Positions 59,521 through 64,000 of a stretch of DNA of 64,000 bases are shown here, piece by piece. Source of the DNA: an uncultured Methylomirabilota bacterium (lineage in GTDB: Bacteria; Methylomirabilota; Methylomirabilia; Methylomirabilales; 2-02-FULL-66-22); contig OY970067.1 of NCBI GenBank assembly GCA_963705305.1, forward strand, positions 4,512,001 through 4,576,000, in the 5' to 3' direction. The first letter of the stretch is position 1. Each line of letters begins with the position of its first letter. The notes under the pieces were generated by a model. It made no database searches. It was given only the letters and a program-made list of their open reading frames with translations, and was not told the DNA's origin. The translations under genes and the position numbers were made by a program.

Positions 59521-60054
59521 TCATAAATAATCGTTCAGGAGGCGGGTTCCCCGATAGACATACTGCAGCCCAGAGGCAACTGTGAAGACCAAGGTGACGA
59601 TGGCGAATGGGCAGATCGCAGGTGTGATGAACGGCAGCAGGTCCTTCAGCATGGCCAGCAGAACCGTGGCCAGCTGGAGGCCTGTGGTGATCTTGCCGAC
59701 CCACGAGGGCGGATAGCTCAGCTTGCCGACGAACATGTGCAGGATGACCGCCCCGCCGATGATCAGGACGTCCCGGCTCACCACGATAATGGTAAACCAG
59801 CGCGGGAGCACCTTGAGGATGGTGAGAACGATGATCGTGGAGGTCAGCAAGAGCTTGTCGGCCAGGGGATCCAGGACCATCCCCAGCTCGGTCTTCTGTC
59901 GCCAGGAGCGTGCCACGAACCCGTCGAGGCCATCCGTGAGGCCGGCCAGCAGGAACAGTGCCAGCCCTGCCGCCGTCTGCCGGTAGAGCAGCAGGGTGGT
60001 GATCACCGGCGTCATCAGGATGCGGAGAATGGTGAGTCGGTTGGCCAGCGTCAC
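59521..60054 (-). CDS. CDP-alcohol phosphatidyltransferase (PgsA-like)
   Basis: ANRLTILRI and TDGLDGFVAR...LGMVLDPLADK. Confidence 0.92.
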   Translation of the reverse strand: MTLANRLTILRILMTPVITTLLLYRQTAAGLALFLLAGLTDGLDGFVARSWRQKTELGMVLDPLADKLLLTSTIIVLTILKVLPRWFTIIVVSRDVLIIGGAVILHMFVGKLSYPPSWVGKITTGLQLATVLLAMLKDLLPFITPAICPFAIVTLVFTVASGLQYVYRGTRLLNDYL

Positions 60055-61202
60055 AGTCTCGCCTCGGCGCGTTCGATCGACTCGGCCGCGGGCCCTCCCC
60101 CGGGCCGGATCGTTCCGTCCAGGCAGGTCGCGATTTCTTCCCGCAGGTCATCCAGCCCGACTCCCGTCCGGGCCGACACGGCCACACGCCCGCTCCCCCG
60201 CCGCCAGGAGAACGGCGCGTGCGCCAGCCGGTCGACCTTGTTGCAGACGAGGATGGTGGGACGGTCGGAAAGGCCCAGCTCGCCCAGCACGCTCTCCACC
60301 GCCGTCTGCTGCAGGCCGGCATTCGGATGGCTGATGTCCACGACGTGCAGGAGCACGCACGCCTCCTGGATCTCTTCCAGGGTGGCCTTGAACGCCTCCA
60401 CCAGCTGGTGGGGGATCTTTCGAATGAACCCCACCGTGTCCGACAGCAGGGCCGCGCGGCCTCCCGGCAGGACCAGCCGGCGCAGGGTGGGGTCCAGCGT
60501 GGCGAACAGCTGATTCCGGACCGGAACGCCGGCGTGGGTCAGGGCGTTCATCAGCGACGACTTGCCGGCATTCGTGTAGCCCACCAACGCCAGGACGGGG
60601 AAAGGAGCCTTCTGGCGCGGCCGGCGGAGCACGGCCCGATGCCGGCGCACCTGCTCCAGGTCGCGGCGGATCTTGGCCAGGCGCGTTCGGATCCGTCGGC
60701 GGTCCGACTCCAGCTGCGTCTCGCCGGGCCCGCGCGTCCCGATGCCGCCCCCCAGCCGCTCCAGGTGGCTCCAGGCGCCGGCCAGCCGCGGCAGGAGGTA
60801 ATCCAACTGGGCCAACTCGACCTGGAGCTTTCCCTCGCGCGTCTGGGCCCGCTGGGCGAAGATGTCCAGGATGAGTCCGGTCCGGTCCACCACCCGCCGG
60901 CTGAGCAGCTGCTCCAGATTGCGCTGCTGCGAGCCGGACAGCTCTTCATCCAGGATAATGACGTCCACCCCGGCGCATCTCTCCCGGATCTCCAGGGCTT
61001 TTCCCTTCCCGATCAGGTACCGGGGATCCAGCCGGCCGCGGTCCTGCAGGATCGCCTCCGCCACCCGGGCGCCCGCCGACCGCGCCAGCTGCTCCAACTC
61101 GGCCAGGGAATCCTCTGCCTCCCAGCGAGGCTGCCGGTGGCGGACCACCCCGACGAGGAGCGCCGTCTCCCGCGCTCGATGCGTTACGACTTCGTGTGCG
61201 AT
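60051..61202 (-). CDS. hflX: GTPase HflX (probable non-canonical ATC start)
   Basis: GKGK, ILDIFAQRA, GPGETQLE, GYTNAGKS, DTVG and NKVD. The 679-aa track ORF is an artefactual read-through from frameshifted tyrA. Confidence 0.93.
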   Translation of the reverse strand: MAHEVVTHRARETALLVGVVRHRQPRWEAEDSLAELEQLARSAGARVAEAILQDRGRLDPRYLIGKGKALEIRERCAGVDVIILDEELSGSQQRNLEQLLSRRVVDRTGLILDIFAQRAQTREGKLQVELAQLDYLLPRLAGAWSHLERLGGGIGTRGPGETQLESDRRRIRTRLAKIRRDLEQVRRHRAVLRRPRQKAPFPVLALVGYTNAGKSSLMNALTHAGVPVRNQLFATLDPTLRRLVLPGGRAALLSDTVGFIRKIPHQLVEAFKATLEEIQEACVLLHVVDISHPNAGLQQTAVESVLGELGLSDRPTILVCNKVDRLAHAPFSWRRGSGRVAVSARTGVGLDDLREEIATCLDGTIRPGGGPAAESIERAEARL

Positions 61203-62090
61203 GGGGTGATCTCCTCCCTCGTGCTGCGCGATCGAGCTAGCCGCCGCGTGAGCCCTTCCCCGTCCCCGGACCGGATGGCACCCTCCAGCCGATCCAGCGC
61301 CTGTCGGTAGGCAGCCAAGGCACGCAGCAGCGGACCCTGATTGAGCAGAAAGATGTCCCGCCACATATCGGGATCGCTTCCGGCCACCCGCGTGAAGTCC
61401 CGCAGGCCGCCGGCCGAGAATTTGATCCGCTCCCCTCCGGCCTCCAACTCCGCCAGGGCGTCCATCAGGCCGTACGCGACCAGATGGGGCAGGTGGCTTA
61501 CCGCGGCGAACACCTCGTCGTGCCAGGCGGACTCCATGGGAACCACGCTGGCTCCCGTTGCCCGGCACAGGGCGGCCACGCGCTCGAGTGCCTCGGGCCG
61601 GGTTCGCGGACTGGCGGTCAGGATCCAGTTCGCGCGCCGGAACAGATCCGCCCTGGCCGCCGCCGGCCCAGAGCGCTCCGCCCCGGCGATCGGGTGGCCG
61701 GCCACAAATCGCCCGTCGGGAAAGGCCGCGTCGCCCGCCTCGAGGATCGGGCCCTTCACGCTGCCGACGTCGGTGACGAGGGCCGTCGGATCCGCCATCC
61801 GGGCCACGGCGGGCAGCAGGCTCAGGATGGTCCCGACCGGAGTGGCCAGGACGATAAGGTCGGACCCCGCCACCGCGAACGCGAGAATCGTCGGTGGCCT
61901 CATCGACGAGCCCCAGGTCCCGCGCCGCCTCGCGTGTCGCCCGCGAGCGGGCGACCCCCACCACCCGCTCCACCCTGCCGGCTTGCCTGGCCGCCAGGGC
62001 CAGGCTGCCGCCGATCAGGCCGACCCCCACGACGGCCATCCGGCGGAACGGCGCCGGCGAGGAGCCGGGGCGAGCCGCGGACGCACTCAC
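61184..62090 (-). CDS. tyrA: Prephenate/arogenate dehydrogenase, with a 1-nt frameshift near 61886
   Basis: GVGLIGGS in one frame; TDVGSVK, GHPIAG, SHLPH and GLRDFTRVA in the other; junction GAT T CTC. Confidence 0.9.
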
Positions 62091-62112
62091 CGTTCCCTCC
62101 CCAGGGCGATGA

Positions 62113-63249
62113 TCACGATCGCTCCCCTTGCCTTCCGGGCGGCAGGCGCTCCCCGCGCAGGACGGCCCGCAGGGCGGCCAGGCACCGTTCGATCTCCGGG
62201 GGAGTCCCGATGGTGATCCGGAGATGGGTGGGAAAGCCGGGGCCCGCGGTGCGCACGATCACGCCACGCCGGAGGAGGGCCTCAGCCACCGCCGGGGCGG
62301 GCCGCCCGACATCCACCAGCAGAAAGTTGGCCACGCTCGGCACCACCGCCAGGCCGAGGTCCCGGCACTGCTGTGCCAGAGCCGCCCGTCCCACTTCCGT
62401 CAGCTGCCGGCTGCTGGTCACGTGCGGCGTATCCCCCAGGGCCGCCACCGCCGCCACTTGGGCCAGGCTGTTGGTATTGAACGGCTCCCGGATCCGGTTG
62501 AGCAGGGCCACCAGGGGGGCCGGCCCGATGCCGTAGCCGATGCACAGCCCTGCCAGGCCGTAGACTTTTGAAAATGTCCGCAGAACCAAGACCAGGCGCC
62601 CTTCCCGCACGAATCGCAGGGCATCCGGCTGGCACGCCGGGGGCATGTACTCGTAGTACGCCTCGTCCAGCACGACCACAACGTCCGGCGGCACGGCAGC
62701 CAGAAACGACTCCAGGGCCTCCGGCCGGACGCAGGTGCCCGTCGGATTGTTCGGATTCGCCACGAACACGAGCTTCGTCCGCGGGGTGACAGCCGCCCGC
62801 ATGGACTCCAGGTCGTGGGTGAAATCCTTCAGTGGGACGACGATCTTGGTGGCCCCCGTCACCTGCGCCACCATGTCGTACACGATGAACGCCTGCGCCG
62901 CGTACACGGCCTCGTCACCGGGGCACAGGAAGCAGCGGCCGACCAGCTCCAGCAGCTCGTTGGAGCCGTTGCCCAGGATGATCTGATCCGCGGATACCTT
63001 CCAGTGGGCCGCCAGCGCATGCCGCAGGGCGTGGCCGCTGCCGTCCGGATAGCGGTGGATGGCGGGAAGTGCCTCCCGCATTGCCTTGAGCGCGGCCGGG
63101 GAGGGACCCAGTGGATTCTCGTTGGAGGCGAGCTTCACCGGATCGGAAATCCCGAACTCGCGTTCCACCTCTTCGATCGGCTTGCCGGGAGCGTAGGGGA
63201 TGAGGTTGTGGAGAAACGGCGAAGCGAGCTCTTCAAGGCGACGGGTCAA
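62113..63249 (-). CDS. hisC: Histidinol-phosphate aminotransferase
   Basis: KLASNENPLG, NPNNPTG, DEAY and RTFSKVYGLAG. Confidence 0.95.
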   Translation of the reverse strand: MTRRLEELASPFLHNLIPYAPGKPIEEVEREFGISDPVKLASNENPLGPSPAALKAMREALPAIHRYPDGSGHALRHALAAHWKVSADQIILGNGSNELLELVGRCFLCPGDEAVYAAQAFIVYDMVAQVTGATKIVVPLKDFTHDLESMRAAVTPRTKLVFVANPNNPTGTCVRPEALESFLAAVPPDVVVVLDEAYYEYMPPACQPDALRFVREGRLVLVLRTFSKVYGLAGLCIGYGIGPAPLVALLNRIREPFNTNSLAQVAAVAALGDTPHVTSSRQLTEVGRAALAQQCRDLGLAVVPSVANFLLVDVGRPAPAVAEALLRRGVIVRTAGPGFPTHLRITIGTPPEIERCLAALRAVLRGERLPPGRQGERS

Positions 63250-63285
63250 GGTGTGCCCTCCGTGCGGCGCTGCCGGGGAAGCCTC

Positions 63286-64000
63286 TCAGGTCTCGGAGGA
63301 GCGGCGCCCCCTCGGATACGAGCCAAGGATCTTGAGGAAGACGCAGTCCTCCCGCAGGCAGTCCAGGGCCTCCTGCACCCGCGGCTCGTTGGCGTGGCCT
63401 TCGAAATCCACATAGAACACATACTCCCACACCTTCTTCTTGGATGGCCGAGACTCGATCTTGGTGAGGTTGATCCTGCGCTCCGCGAACGGCTGCAGCA
63501 TCCGATGCAGCGCGCCCACCCGATCCTTGATGGAAAACAGGACGGAGGTCTTGTCGCCCGCCGAGGGGGGCGCGGCCTTCTTCCCCACGACCAGGAAGCG
63601 GGTCAGGTTGTTGGGATGGTCCTCGATACGGCGCTGCAGCAGATTCAATCCGTAGAGGCCGGCCGCCACCTCGGACGCGATGGCGGCAGCCCCCGGCTCG
63701 GTCGCCGCGGTCTCGGCCGCGGCCCCCGTGCTGCCGGTCTCCACCTGGGGGATGTGCGCCGCGTTCGCCTCCAGCCACTTCCGGGATTCCGCCAACGCGT
63801 GGGGGTGGGAGTAGATCTTGCGGACTTCCGAGAGCCGGGCGACCCTGCTCAGCAGATGCAGCGCCGCCTCCACGATGACCTCGCCGCAGATCAGGAGCCC
63901 GGAGTCGACGAACATGTCCAGGGTATGGCTGACCACCCCTTCGGTGGAGTTTTCAACCGGGACGACCCCGAAGTCGGCATTGCCTTTCTCCACCTCCGCA
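63286..64000 (-). CDS. pheA: Prephenate dehydratase (P-protein), 5'-truncated by the window edge
   Basis: VPVENSTEG, SHPHAL, TRF, ACT domain with IESRP, LGSYP. Confidence 0.95.
   Translation of the reverse strand, partial: AEVEKGNADFGVVPVENSTEGVVSHTLDMFVDSGLLICGEVIVEAALHLLSRVARLSEVRKIYSHPHALAESRKWLEANAAHIPQVETGSTGAAAETAATEPGAAAIASEVAAGLYGLNLLQRRIEDHPNNLTRFLVVGKKAAPPSAGDKTSVLFSIKDRVGALHRMLQPFAERRINLTKIESRPSKKKVWEYVFYVDFEGHANEPRVQEALDCLREDCVFLKILGSYPRGRRSSET

Noticed and set aside
60051..62090. 679-aa ORF that looks like a TyrA-HflX fusion
   Set aside because: Artefact of the tyrA frameshift. The middle section is an off-frame translation of tyrA.

Overview
A GC-rich bacterial window with two halves. 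The first half (1-38.9 kb, + strand) is a hydrogen-metabolism supercluster with five blocks: (i) the tail of an Mrp/Mbh-type membrane hydrogenase operon with its own maturation protease; (ii) an apparently sigma54/IHF-driven operon in which a FdhF-like subunit lacking its catalytic residues and an AsrA/AsrB (HydB/HydG)-type NAD(P)H module precede a complete HycC/E/D/F/G-like group 4 [NiFe]-hydrogenase plus hypAB; (iii) an HdrA-MvhDGA-short HdrA-small wHTH-QmoC-like operon without HdrBC; (iv) a conventional HdrCBA-MvhDGA operon with two proteases; (v) hypFCDE. The second half (39-64 kb, mostly - strand) holds housekeeping genes (coaX, birA, valS, ilvE, purF, alaC-like, lipA, lpdA, argS, thiI, alkA-like, DUF512, pgsA-like, hflX, tyrA, hisC, pheA) together with RomR-like and RomX-like polarity genes and two orphan CheW genes. 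Non-coding signals include three copies of a structured MITE-like element, patches of 7/8/9-nt periodic repeats, a structured leader before lpdA and several promoters. Three single-base frameshifts (hydrogenase small subunit, birA, tyrA) are most simply sequencing errors. No rRNA, tRNA, CRISPR array or transposase was seen. The best candidates for an undescribed system are blocks (ii) and (iii). All protein calls come from motif recognition by eye; no database search was run.
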